Positions 48,023 through 57,958 of a stretch of DNA of 64,000 nucleotides are shown piece by piece (positions within the stretch are counted from its first letter, which is position 1; the number at the start of each line of letters is the position of its first letter). Below the pieces are notes generated by a model. It saw nothing but the letters and a program-made list of their open reading frames with translations. It was not told where the DNA came from and made no database searches. Source of the DNA: Thermodesulfobacteriota bacterium (lineage in GTDB: Bacteria > Desulfobacterota_D > UBA1144 > Nemesobacterales > UBA2774); NCBI GenBank assembly GCA_965216785.1, contig OZ244197.1:2656001-2720000 (forward strand), in the 5' to 3' direction. The position numbers and the translations under genes were made by a program.

Positions 48023-48841
48023 ATGCCTTACGACGAACGAGTACAAGAGTTGATCTCAGCATATTCACTAGGCGTGCTGGACGGTGAAGACCTAAAAGAG
48101 CTAGAAGATTTTCTCGCAAAAAACCCAGGTGTATATAATGATCTGCTCAGGGAGAACGAAGAAGCGTTCTCACAGCTCTCCTATGTGGTAAAGGGCGGTA
48201 GCCCGTCTCCAGAGCTCCGTACTAAGCTCTTAAATGAAGTGAAAGCCTCTGAGAAGGAGATCCCAGCACAAGAGAGCCCCGCACCCTTCTGGGAGAGGCT
48301 GCAGCCCCTCTGGCTGGGACTGGGAAGCGCGGCTGCGGTTGTCATTATAGCTCTTCTGATCGGCTACAATATATCCCTTAGCAACAGACTCAATGACCAG
48401 CTTGCGCAGAATCAAAACCTTGAAAACCAGCTCTTAGAGCAGCAAACCGAACTTGCAGCGCTTGAAAAAGTGCTTGGAACTCAGAGTGAAGCTCTGGCAT
48501 TTCTCGAAAACCCCAATGTCGTCATTATTAATATGGTCAAGACCGAGCCCGGTTTGAAGGCTGTGGGTAGAATGCTCTGGAATACGGAAGATGATGAAGC
48601 GCTATTTTACGGAATTAATCTCCCGCAAATTCCGGAAGGAAAGACCTATCAGTTATGGGCAATCGCAGGAGACGTGCCCAAAAATGCTGGAGTGTTTCAG
48701 GTAGACAGCGAAGGCAATAACCACCATGTTATAAAATCCTTAAGCGACTTCGGCGACATCAGCACGTTTGCGGTGAGCCTCGAGCCCGCGGGCGGAGTCC
48801 CCTCACCTACCGGCGAGATTTACTTAGCAGGTGAAATATAG
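48023..48841 (+). CDS. Anti-sigma-K factor RskA family membrane protein
   Basis: ISAYSLGVLD N-domain, one TM, coiled coil, GKTYQLWAI and FAVSLEPAGGVPSPTG; start at 48023. Confidence 0.88.
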   Translation: MPYDERVQELISAYSLGVLDGEDLKELEDFLAKNPGVYNDLLRENEEAFSQLSYVVKGGSPSPELRTKLLNEVKASEKEIPAQESPAPFWERLQPLWLGLGSAAAVVIIALLIGYNISLSNRLNDQLAQNQNLENQLLEQQTELAALEKVLGTQSEALAFLENPNVVIINMVKTEPGLKAVGRMLWNTEDDEALFYGINLPQIPEGKTYQLWAIAGDVPKNAGVFQVDSEGNNHHVIKSLSDFGDISTFAVSLEPAGGVPSPTGEIYLAGEI

Positions 48842-49205
48842 TAAAAGGACTAGAGGATAAAACAGATTCAATAGCACCTGTATATAAATTTCTTAAAATA
48901 GTTGTTATAAGAGCGATCTTCATTTCTTATATACAGCGATAAATTTAATTCATAGGCGAGAATTCTAAATCCCCGGAAGCCTTACGCGACCCAAAGCCCT
49001 CGACCATACAATTGGTATCATGATATATATCTGAGAAACCACTGCACCATATAGATATAAGATTTCTTATTGTGATTCAGTTTCAACTTAATACTCAAGT
49101 TAGTCGAACAACGCACCGAACTCATACATATATAAGCTTTACATTTCTCATATTTTTGTTTAAAATGGTCGCATGATAGTTATATGTAAAGGAGGGTACT
49201 AAACT

Positions 49206-50006
49206 ATGTTAACAATCAACAGACTTTATTTGTCTTTAATATTAATCACTATTCTTACTTTAATTCCTTTCTGGTCCGCAAGTAATGCCCAGGACAGCTA
49301 TGGTGATAGCGATCCTGGTAATCTACCTGATCCGGGTGCACAAGCAGACAATGTAATTGAGTCCTTTGAAACTCAAGGCCCATTAACGTTTGTCGACGAC
49401 CAGGCCTTGTTCAACGGTTCGTGTGGCGCCCTAGCTTTCGAAAACTTCGAAAACACAGAAGCACCAGTCGGTGGAGTTGCTGTTTGCCCAAATCCAATTA
49501 ACAGCAATACAGGGAATGGATGTTACCAACTGGGAACTGTTATTCCCGGATTTTCAATGAATGCAATTAACCCCCCCAATCCGGCTCAAGCTTTAGCCTC
49601 AGTATCATTTGGTTTAGGAAACGTTGCGGCAGGTCCTAACTTCTTCGCCGATGACCTTAGAGTTGATTTTAACGGGTTTGTAAACGCTATCGGTTTGAAC
49701 ATAATTACAGCGGGTTCTAGTACAGTTGTAGTGGATGTATACTCAGGATCTGACTTTTTGGGATCGGCGCTTGTAAATGTTGCGGGTACAGCAGGCACAT
49801 TCATAGGTATAGCAGCCCAGGCCCAGATAACACACATCGAGTTGGTGAATGGTAATGGGGAATTACTCAATGACCTTTCGTTCGGTTCGTGTGGTGGAAT
49901 CGCAAGACCCATCCCCACCCTTTCCGAATGGGGCCTCATAGCCATAGCGGGAGTTCTGGGAATAATCGCTGTATTGGCTATCCGCAGAAGAAAGGCAGCA
50001 GCTTAA
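49206..50006 (+). CDS. IPTL-CTERM sorted surface protein (paralogue of 24564-25322)
   Basis: MLTINRLYLSL signal peptide; C-terminal RPIPTLSEWG-TM-RRRKAAA. Confidence 0.9.
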   Translation: MLTINRLYLSLILITILTLIPFWSASNAQDSYGDSDPGNLPDPGAQADNVIESFETQGPLTFVDDQALFNGSCGALAFENFENTEAPVGGVAVCPNPINSNTGNGCYQLGTVIPGFSMNAINPPNPAQALASVSFGLGNVAAGPNFFADDLRVDFNGFVNAIGLNIITAGSSTVVVDVYSGSDFLGSALVNVAGTAGTFIGIAAQAQITHIELVNGNGELLNDLSFGSCGGIARPIPTLSEWGLIAIAGVLGIIAVLAIRRRKAAA

Positions 50007-50041
50007 CCTGCAACCAACCCATACAATAAAATTTATCTTTT

Positions 50042-50069
50042 AAAAAGGGAGCTTCGGCTCCCTTTTTTT
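50042..50069 (+). terminator. Rho-independent terminator
   Basis: AAAAAGGGAGC-TTCG-GCTCCCTTTTTTT. Confidence 0.88.
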
Positions 50070-50199
50070 GTATTATCCGCTCGAAAACAAGCTGATAAGA
50101 AGATAAACTTAATCCCTCTCCTAAACACGATTTGTCAGACAATCGTACATCTTACACGCTAGTTGCAAATAATTACCTTGTAATTATTACATTTATCTG

Positions 50200-50214
50200 T
50201 GGCACCGTATTTGC
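50200..50214 (+). promoter_or_regulatory. Sigma-54 (-24/-12) promoter of the cco operon
   Basis: TGGCAC-CGTAT-TTGC matches the TGGCAC-N5-TTGC consensus, 33 bp upstream of the ccoI ATG. Confidence 0.75.
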
Positions 50215-50247
50215 CATTATACATAGGGATATCATAATACTAGTACA

Positions 50248-52710
50248 ATGGAAAACTCGACCACTTGCTCCATACGGAAAGCTCATGAGCTCCTGAAAGC
50301 TCAGCGCTGCGCCCATTGCGGAGACGAACTTACGGCCTCAAATACTGTCGAGTCCCAAGGCAGGTATTTTTGCTGTAACGGCTGCTCCTCGGTATATGAG
50401 CTTTTACACAATCTCGGTCTTGATGATTTCTACAAGATTAGGGACGCTCAATATACCGGGAAGATAGAGACCCCGTTCGATACCGATCCCGGAGATTCAT
50501 ACGATTACCTCAATACTGACAGTTTTAAAGAGCTTTATACCAGAGAAGACGACCCCCTCACCATGAACTTTTACATCGAGGGCATACACTGTGCCGCTTG
50601 CTTATGGCTCCTTGAAAAAATCCCTGAATTCGCGCCGGGAATCACGTCGGTCTCTCTCAATATGTCGGACAACACCGCTTCCGTAAGGTTCAAGGAACCG
50701 GGGCAATACTCTGTGTTCCCAAAAACAGTAAGAACGCTCGGGTATAAAGCGCACCCTATAAAAATCGACGGCGATGAGAGCGTACGTGAGCTCAAGAGAA
50801 AAGAGAGCCGGACTTCGCTTATCAGAATTGCCGTAGCTGCGGTGTGCGCGGGCAACATCATGCTCCTGTCCGCGGCCATTTATTCAGGCGCCGGGGGTGC
50901 GTTCAGAGACTACTTCGAGCTTCTAAACCTCCTGCTCACGCTCCCTGTCGTGACGTACTGCGCCTACCCTTTCTATAAAAGCGTGTGGAGCTCCTTAAGA
51001 ATCAAGCGGGCCACAGTAGACATCCCGGTAGTGTTTGTTATTCTCACAGGCTTTTTACTCAGCACCTACAGCTACTTTAAAGGCACTAGCGAGGTCTACT
51101 TCGACTCCATTACAGCCTTTGTTTTCTTACTTCTTGCAAGCCGTTATTTTCTTAAAATAGTCCAGGACCGGGCAGCCGGCACAGAGCCCTTAAGCCGTAG
51201 TCTCTTTTCCTCCAACAGAGTCCTCATACGGGACGATAAAACTAAAGAGTACGCTCTTATGCCGATTGAGCGCCTAGAGGCGGGGCAGTTAATCAAGTTG
51301 TCAAAGGGCGCTCGCGTGCCCGTTGACGGAGAGCTTCTCTCCTCATCTTCAGAGCTCAGCCTAAGCGTTCTTACGGGTGAGAACATACCGGTAAAAGTAC
51401 TTAAGGGAAGCCATGTGTACGCGGGCTCAGTGCTAGAATCCGAAGAGGCCGTGGTGAAGGTAAAAAAGACCGGGAAATTCACCCGCATAGGCGAAATACT
51501 CGATTCTGTAAACAGCAACTACCAGAGCAAATTCAACTTCACCACAAAGAGCGACAGATTCGCCACAGTGTTCACTCTAGCCGTGGGCGCTCTGGCCATA
51601 GTTTCATTTTTCACAGTCTCCGCACTTTACTCGCCGGGAGAGGCTCTAAGGCGCGTAATCGCCTTTGTGCTCATAGCATGCCCGTGCGCGTTCGTTTTCG
51701 CTCTTCCGCTTTCACTTGGGCTGTCTATCAAATCGGGCATTAAGAAAGGCTATCTCGTAAAAGATACATCCATCTTCGATAAGCTCCCGAATATAAAAAA
51801 CATATTTTTCGATAAGACGGGCACCTTGACCAAAGGTGTGTTTAAAATTCTCAAATGGGATACTGGCAAGCTCCCGCTTCAGGATAAAGCGGCGGTTCTT
51901 GCTATTGAGAGAGAATCCTCTCACCCTGTGGCAAGAGCGGTAGTCGGCTATCTCGCGGACCAGGAGCTTCCGGCCTTCAAAGTTGATGAATTTAAAATGG
52001 TTCCCTCAAAAGGTGTACAAGCGCAAGTAAACGGTAGCGCTTACTCGCTTATATCAGAAAGCATAGATCAGCGAAATGACATAAACGCCATTATCTCGAC
52101 CAAGATAGTCCTCAGTAAGGACGGAGAGCCCATCTCGGACATTCTCCTAGGCGACTCGCTTAAAGAAGACGCGAAATACGTAGTCGATGAGCTTCAAAAA
52201 AACGGCAAGAACGTATTTATACTCTCCGGAGACCGTGAGAGCAGCGTAGAGCTCGCGGGCGAGAGGCTCGGCGTTTCCGGGGACAATGTGTTCTGGGAGA
52301 AAACTCCGGAGGAAAAAGCTCACTTAATATCAGATACTAAAAGCGGACTTTCCATGATGATAGGCGACGGGCTAAATGACGCCGCGGCGCTAACGTCCGC
52401 GGATATAGGCATAGCTATCCAGGGAAGCGTCGAGGAAAGCATGAAGGTATCGGATGCCTATATACTAAATAACGATCTATTTTCAGTGCTCGAGCTAATG
52501 AATCAAGGCGGCTCTGTTAAAGACACGCTTCGGAGAAACACAACCTTCTCCATACTATACAACGTTGCCGCCGGATCGTTTGCGCTTCTTGGGTTTATAA
52601 GCCCGTTAATAGCTGCCGTGCTCATGCCGCTAAGCTCGCTGCTGCTCATAGGTTCTTCTCTGTATGGAAGACAAAATCCGAGGTTTAAGGAGCTTAAAGC
52701 AAAATTATGA
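50248..52710 (+). CDS. ccoI: Copper-translocating P1B-type ATPase of cbb3 assembly
   Basis: CAHCG..FCCNGC N-domain, GIHCAAC, ACPCA, DKTGTLT, GDGLNDA; first gene of the cco operon. Confidence 0.9.
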   Translation: MENSTTCSIRKAHELLKAQRCAHCGDELTASNTVESQGRYFCCNGCSSVYELLHNLGLDDFYKIRDAQYTGKIETPFDTDPGDSYDYLNTDSFKELYTREDDPLTMNFYIEGIHCAACLWLLEKIPEFAPGITSVSLNMSDNTASVRFKEPGQYSVFPKTVRTLGYKAHPIKIDGDESVRELKRKESRTSLIRIAVAAVCAGNIMLLSAAIYSGAGGAFRDYFELLNLLLTLPVVTYCAYPFYKSVWSSLRIKRATVDIPVVFVILTGFLLSTYSYFKGTSEVYFDSITAFVFLLLASRYFLKIVQDRAAGTEPLSRSLFSSNRVLIRDDKTKEYALMPIERLEAGQLIKLSKGARVPVDGELLSSSSELSLSVLTGENIPVKVLKGSHVYAGSVLESEEAVVKVKKTGKFTRIGEILDSVNSNYQSKFNFTTKSDRFATVFTLAVGALAIVSFFTVSALYSPGEALRRVIAFVLIACPCAFVFALPLSLGLSIKSGIKKGYLVKDTSIFDKLPNIKNIFFDKTGTLTKGVFKILKWDTGKLPLQDKAAVLAIERESSHPVARAVVGYLADQELPAFKVDEFKMVPSKGVQAQVNGSAYSLISESIDQRNDINAIISTKIVLSKDGEPISDILLGDSLKEDAKYVVDELQKNGKNVFILSGDRESSVELAGERLGVSGDNVFWEKTPEEKAHLISDTKSGLSMMIGDGLNDAAALTSADIGIAIQGSVEESMKVSDAYILNNDLFSVLELMNQGGSVKDTLRRNTTFSILYNVAAGSFALLGFISPLIAAVLMPLSSLLLIGSSLYGRQNPRFKELKAKL

Positions 52711-52892
52711 ACATAATATTTCTTACACTCGGCGTATCTATAGCAATTGCTATATCATTTCTCTTCGCGTTTATCTGGGCTACGCGCAAGGGACAGTATG
52801 ACGATCTTGAAACACCCGGACATAGAATGTTACTCGATGACTATGAAACAGAGAATACGAATAAAAATAAAACGGAGGATAGAGACTCATGA
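52707..52892 (+). CDS. ccoS: cbb3-type oxidase maturation protein
   Basis: TM followed by WATRKGQYDDLETPGHRMLLDD. Confidence 0.92.
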   Translation: MNIIFLTLGVSIAIAISFLFAFIWATRKGQYDDLETPGHRMLLDDYETENTNKNKTEDRDS

Positions 52893-55054
52893 GCGCAGTT
52901 AACCAAGCTGGGGCAGGGATGTTGGACAGAGTCGTTTATGACGACGACATAGTTGTAAAGTTTTTATACGCCACGTTATTCTGGGGGGCCGCTGCTTTTC
53001 TGGTCGGTTTGCTAGCGGCTCTCCAGCTTGCTTTCTGGCCGGCCAATCTGGAGCTCGAATGGCTGACATTCGGGAGAATCCGGCCACTTCACACCAATGC
53101 CGCAATATTCGCGTTCGGCGGAAATATCATATTTGCGGGCATATACCACTCGACACAGAGGCTCCTTAAGACAAGGAACTTCTCTGACATGCTGAGCAAC
53201 ATTCACTTCTGGGGATGGCAGCTCATAATTGTGGGAGCCCTAATAACCCTTCCGCTCGGCTATACGATGAGTAAAGAATACGCAGAGCTCGAATGGCCTC
53301 TCGACATAGCGATCGCGGTTATCTGGGTTGTATTTGCCGTCAATTTCTTCGGCACGATAGCCAAAAGAAGGGTAAAACACCTATACGTCGCGATATGGTT
53401 TTATATAGCAACCATCATCACCGTAGCGATGCTCCACATCGTCAACTCGATCGAGATACCCGTTGCGTTCTTAAAGAGCTACCCGGTTTATTCGGGTGTC
53501 CAGGACGCTCTGGTTCAATGGTGGTACGGTCACAACGCTGTGGCTTTTTTCCTAACCACTCCTTTCCTGGGACTCATGTACTACTATGTCCCCAAGGCTG
53601 CGAATAGGCCAATTTACAGCTACAAGCTGTCTATCGTTCATTTCTGGTCTCTCGTGTTCATCTACATCTGGGCCGGGCCTCATCATCTATTAAACACAGC
53701 GCTTCCCGACTGGGCACAGACCATTGGTATGATTTTCAGCCTTATGCTCTGGGCGCCTAGCTGGGGCGGCATGATTAACGGCTTGCTGACGCTCCGCGGC
53801 GCATGGCATAAACTCCGTACTGACCCGATAATCAAGTTTCTGGCTGTTGCCGTTACTTTCTACGGAATGTCCACGTTCGAAGGACCGCTGCTGTCTATAA
53901 AATCGGTAAGCTCTCTCGCTCACTACACCGACTGGATCATCGGACACGTTCACGGAGGAACACTCGGATGGAACGGGTTCCTAACCTTCGGAATCATCTA
54001 CTATCTGGTACCGAAACTATGGAAGACCAAGATTTACAGCGTTAAGCTCGAGAACTGGCATTTCTGGGTAGGGCTCTTAGGGATACTTCTCTACTACATC
54101 TCCATGTGGGCAAGCGGTATCACACAGGGACTCATGTGGCAGGCTATCGGCGAGAACGGACAGCTTGTGTACCCGGACTTCGTCGAGACTGTAATGAGGA
54201 TAGTCCCTCTGTACTGGGTAAGGTTCATCGGCGGAAGCCTGTTCTTAATCGGCTTCATGTTCATGCTTTATAACATATGGATGACCATTAAGCTTGCGCC
54301 TAAGAGAGACAGTAAAGAAGTACGCGAAGTAGCGCCTCTTTCGGCAGACGTTACAGATATAGGTACCGGTCACAGAAAACTCGAAGCGCTCAGCCTCGTG
54401 TTCACCGTGATCCTTTTCATCTCCGTAATAGTGGGATCGATCATTGAGATACTCCCAACGCTCTCGATCTATAAGTACCTGCCTTCTTCGGAAAAGACAG
54501 AGCCTTATACACCTCTTGAGCTAGCGGGAAGAGACATATACATAAAAGAAGGCTGCTATGTCTGCCACTCCCAGATGATCAGGAAACTGCCGTTCGACGT
54601 GCTCCGCTACGGTCCCAGCTCGACCATAGCCGAGTCCATGTACGACAGACCTTTTCAGTGGGGCTCCAAACGTACCGGGCCCGATCTGGCAAGAGTCGGA
54701 GGAAAGTACCCGGACATGTGGCACCTTAGGCATATGATAAACCCAAGGGAGATAACCCCCAACTCCATCATGCCTTCCTATCCGTGGCAGGCGGTTAAGA
54801 AGACCGACTACCATATACTGAGGAAGAAGTTCAGTGTGATGAAGATGCTCGGAGTTCCCTATTCGGATGAGGACGTAGCGAACGCGGATATTAAAGCGGA
54901 AAAAGAAGCGGCGCTCATCTACGAAGGGCTGCTTGAGCAGGACCCTTCACTTACATCCATCAAGGATACGGAGATAATTGCGCTTATCGCCTATCTCCAG
55001 AGCTTGGGGCAGAAAACCACTACGGGTGAGGAGGTGTCGACATCAAACAATTAG
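52889..55054 (+). CDS. ccoN: cbb3-type cytochrome c oxidase, fused subunits I and II (CcoNO)
   Basis: RPLHTN, WWYGHNAV, WAGPHH, GHVH; then EGCYVCHSQMIR and WGSKRTGPDLAR (CcoO). Confidence 0.96.
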   Translation: MSAVNQAGAGMLDRVVYDDDIVVKFLYATLFWGAAAFLVGLLAALQLAFWPANLELEWLTFGRIRPLHTNAAIFAFGGNIIFAGIYHSTQRLLKTRNFSDMLSNIHFWGWQLIIVGALITLPLGYTMSKEYAELEWPLDIAIAVIWVVFAVNFFGTIAKRRVKHLYVAIWFYIATIITVAMLHIVNSIEIPVAFLKSYPVYSGVQDALVQWWYGHNAVAFFLTTPFLGLMYYYVPKAANRPIYSYKLSIVHFWSLVFIYIWAGPHHLLNTALPDWAQTIGMIFSLMLWAPSWGGMINGLLTLRGAWHKLRTDPIIKFLAVAVTFYGMSTFEGPLLSIKSVSSLAHYTDWIIGHVHGGTLGWNGFLTFGIIYYLVPKLWKTKIYSVKLENWHFWVGLLGILLYYISMWASGITQGLMWQAIGENGQLVYPDFVETVMRIVPLYWVRFIGGSLFLIGFMFMLYNIWMTIKLAPKRDSKEVREVAPLSADVTDIGTGHRKLEALSLVFTVILFISVIVGSIIEILPTLSIYKYLPSSEKTEPYTPLELAGRDIYIKEGCYVCHSQMIRKLPFDVLRYGPSSTIAESMYDRPFQWGSKRTGPDLARVGGKYPDMWHLRHMINPREITPNSIMPSYPWQAVKKTDYHILRKKFSVMKMLGVPYSDEDVANADIKAEKEAALIYEGLLEQDPSLTSIKDTEIIALIAYLQSLGQKTTTGEEVSTSNN

Positions 55055-55230
55055 CGCTTTCATATTTTGAGAATATAGAGCTTACGAACCTGGCTTTGAT
55101 TCTGTTCCTGACGGCATTCACTATAGTTGTCGTCAGGGTGCTCTTCGGATCCAATAAAAAGCTCTACGATAAAATGGAGCGTTTGCCGCTTGAAGACGAT
55201 GATATTATACAGGAGGAGAAAGACACATGA
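55042..55230 (+). CDS. ccoQ: cbb3-type oxidase subunit CcoQ with non-canonical ATC start (not in ORF track)
   Basis: (M)KQLALSYFENIELTNLALILFLTAFTIVVVRVLFGSNKKLYDKMERLPLEDD...; GAGGAGGT RBS at 55028-55035; lies between ccoO and ccoP. Confidence 0.75.
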   Translation: MKQLALSYFENIELTNLALILFLTAFTIVVVRVLFGSNKKLYDKMERLPLEDDDIIQEEKDT

Positions 55231-55796
55231 GCGACGACGATAAATTAATAAAAGGCCACGATTACGACGGGATACAGGAGCTCAACAACCCGCTTCCGGG
55301 ATGGTGGCTCGCTACTTTTTATATCACGATCATATTCTCGATCGGCTACTACGCCTATTATACGTTCCTTGGCGGACCCACGTCCGATGAAGAGCTGGCA
55401 AGCAGTATGAGCGTGATTCAGGAGGAAAGACAAGCCGCGAAAGATACTCAAGAGGTTAAGTCAGAGGAGTACTTTATAGCTCTTCTGGACGATCAAGAAG
55501 TGCTCGCGGCCGGTAAAGCCGAATACACGGCCAAGTGCCTTGCCTGTCACGGCGACAAAGCACAGGGGCTCATAGGGCCCAATATGACGGATGACTACTG
55601 GATTCATGGCGACGGTTCGGTAACCTCTATGTTAGAGGTTGCTAAGAGCGGAGTACCCGATAAGGGTATGCCTCCATGGGAAGGCGTGATACCGGAGGAG
55701 ACCCTGGAAGCTGTCACAGTGTATATGTACAGCCTACAAGGTACAGACCCGCCCGGAGCCAAAGCGCCTCAAGGAGAAAAGATAGAGCGTAAATGA
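55227..55796 (+). CDS. ccoP: cbb3-type oxidase subunit III (single-heme form)
   Basis: GHDYDGIQELNNPLPGWW; one CLACH; GPNMTDDYWIHG. Confidence 0.92.
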   Translation: MSDDDKLIKGHDYDGIQELNNPLPGWWLATFYITIIFSIGYYAYYTFLGGPTSDEELASSMSVIQEERQAAKDTQEVKSEEYFIALLDDQEVLAAGKAEYTAKCLACHGDKAQGLIGPNMTDDYWIHGDGSVTSMLEVAKSGVPDKGMPPWEGVIPEETLEAVTVYMYSLQGTDPPGAKAPQGEKIERK

Positions 55797-57220
55797 AGGT
55801 CCTTGACCAGAGAAACCTGCCAGAAGACCGTCCGTCCACCATGGATGAGACGGGCAAGAGGGTATTTGTATTCCCGGCCAGTGTTAGCGGATTCTGGAGA
55901 CACGCGAGAACCATCGTAGAGATATTCCTGATAATCTTTTTCCTAGTGCTGCCATGGATAAAGATTGGCGGTCATCAGGCTCTTCTTCTCGACATAGGCA
56001 ATAGAAGATTCTCGGTGTTCGGGCTCACTTTTTGGTCTCACGACGCTCCGCTCATATTCTTTTTACTTGCGTTCCTGGCTATTGGGCTTGCCTTCATCAC
56101 GGCCGTATGGGGTCGTATATGGTGCGGCTGGGCGTGCCCTCAGACAGTATTCATTGACGGGGTGTTCAGAAGGTTCGAGTACTGGATTATCGGTAGCTAT
56201 ATCCAGCAGCGGAACCTGGCCAAAGCCCCCTGGAGCCTTAAGAAATTCTTCAAGCTCTCGGTACTCTGGTCACTTTTTCTGATTGCAAGCCTCATCATCG
56301 CACACAGCTTCCTCGCGTATTTCGTGGGGGCCGACAAATTAGTCGAGATGACTCAGCACAACCCGGGCGAGAACTGGACCATATTTATTATCATGGCGTT
56401 TACAACCGCGGTCATTCTGTTCGATTTCGGATGGTTCAGAGAACAGTTCTGCATCATCATGTGCCCCTATGGCCGCTTCCAGTCTGTTCTGATGGACGAC
56501 GACTCTCTTACTGTATCATACGACCCGGTGAGGGGCGAGCCCAGAAGAGGCGCCGTAGGCGAGGGACAAGAACAGGGCGACTGCATTGACTGCTATAAAT
56601 GCATAGCCGTTTGCCCCACGGGTATTGATATTAGACGAGGGCTACAGCTCGAGTGTATAGGCTGCACCGCGTGCATCGACGCCTGTGACGAGGTGATGGA
56701 GAAAATCGACAAACCCAAAGGTCTCATAAGATATGCAACGGGAAGCAGCCTTAAGGGGATAGCAACCAAATGGTTCAGGCCAAGGGTCGCTATCTACTCG
56801 GTACTTCTCCTCGCGGTTGTAGGAGCTCTCATGTTCTCTGTCTCCAGGAGACAGGACATAGACGTCACAGTCTTAAGAGCCAAGGACAATCCCTATCAGG
56901 TCGTAAGTAACGGGGACAAGGGAGAAGATGTAATAAACCACTTCAAGATGCATATGAAGAACCATACGTTTGACGACCTTAGCCTCAAAGTCGTGCTGCC
57001 CGCAGACTGGGAGTCGAAAAATATAGAGATTATTTCTCAGAACAAAACAATCGAGCTTGAAGCGGGTAAGGACATCACTCTTCACTTCTTCGTAAAATTC
57101 CCTAGAGAGGTGACAGACAGCGAGGGCTCTAGAAACATCACGGTAGATTTCATTAATCAAAAAGACAATCAGATTCTAATCGAGGAGGATGTGAAGCTTG
57201 TCGGACCTAAGTCCATTTGA
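55793..57220 (+). CDS. ccoG: Cytochrome c oxidase accessory protein CcoG/FixG
   Basis: GRIWCGWACPQTV, FCIIMCPYGRFQ, two CxxCxxCxxxC ferredoxin motifs. Confidence 0.93.
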   Translation: MKVLDQRNLPEDRPSTMDETGKRVFVFPASVSGFWRHARTIVEIFLIIFFLVLPWIKIGGHQALLLDIGNRRFSVFGLTFWSHDAPLIFFLLAFLAIGLAFITAVWGRIWCGWACPQTVFIDGVFRRFEYWIIGSYIQQRNLAKAPWSLKKFFKLSVLWSLFLIASLIIAHSFLAYFVGADKLVEMTQHNPGENWTIFIIMAFTTAVILFDFGWFREQFCIIMCPYGRFQSVLMDDDSLTVSYDPVRGEPRRGAVGEGQEQGDCIDCYKCIAVCPTGIDIRRGLQLECIGCTACIDACDEVMEKIDKPKGLIRYATGSSLKGIATKWFRPRVAIYSVLLLAVVGALMFSVSRRQDIDVTVLRAKDNPYQVVSNGDKGEDVINHFKMHMKNHTFDDLSLKVVLPADWESKNIEIISQNKTIELEAGKDITLHFFVKFPREVTDSEGSRNITVDFINQKDNQILIEEDVKLVGPKSI

Positions 57221-57917
57221 CGCCATCTTAAGAGATTGGTCTTATTTATCAATTCCTCTTGGGGTATTCATAGCAAGTTTGCTCGGCAGCACACACTGCG
57301 CCTCGATGTGCGGCCCTATAGCGATAACCGTTAATAACTCGGGCGGTCATATGAGCCTATACCATTTCGGTCGTCTCTTAAGCTACCTAGCGCTTGGCGC
57401 TCTTGCGGGTCTTTTGGGGGAGGCATTTTTATCAAATAATTACGGTGTAGTTACAACTGTTTCGGTAATACTTATATCTGCTTTCTTCATATACACGGGC
57501 TATAGACTTATTCGGGGAAAGCCGCTTGACATAATACCCACGCGCTTAATAACCGCGTTCTTGTCAAAGCCCGCCCGATGGTCATTTGCGCGAGGAAAAA
57601 TTTTAGGCTCCTTGAGCATCGGAATAGTAAACGGCTTTTTGCCTTGCGGATGGGTATATATATTCGTAATAGGCGCGGTCGCTACAAAGAACCCTCTTTA
57701 CGGCGCGGGAATATTGCTTATATTCTGGATCGGTACTGTGCCCGTTCTCTCCGCCCTCCCCTTTGTCTATAAAAAAACCGTAGGCAGAGGATCCCGAAAG
57801 CTCACAATGGCCGCGGGGATTGTGCTCATACTCATAGGCCTTGCAAACGTTGTTGTCCACACCCTGCCTTCGGGGCATTCCGGACACACAAATCATCATT
57901 CGCACAGCATGAGATAA
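57198..57917 (+). CDS. Sulfite exporter TauE/SafE-like (DsbD_2) membrane protein of cco clusters
   Basis: GSTHCASMCGP, YHFGRLLSY, NGFLPCGWVY; His-rich tail. Confidence 0.85.
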   Translation: MSDLSPFDAILRDWSYLSIPLGVFIASLLGSTHCASMCGPIAITVNNSGGHMSLYHFGRLLSYLALGALAGLLGEAFLSNNYGVVTTVSVILISAFFIYTGYRLIRGKPLDIIPTRLITAFLSKPARWSFARGKILGSLSIGIVNGFLPCGWVYIFVIGAVATKNPLYGAGILLIFWIGTVPVLSALPFVYKKTVGRGSRKLTMAAGIVLILIGLANVVVHTLPSGHSGHTNHHSHSMR

Positions 57918-57958
57918 CCTGGCTATTTAGTCATAAGCGGGCCCTTTGATTTTGCAAC

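Noticed and set aside
26900-50100. A defined right boundary for the whole genomic island
   Set aside because: No fourth att copy was found by eye; composition returns to backbone-like gradually around 37-41 kb, so no end coordinate is claimed.
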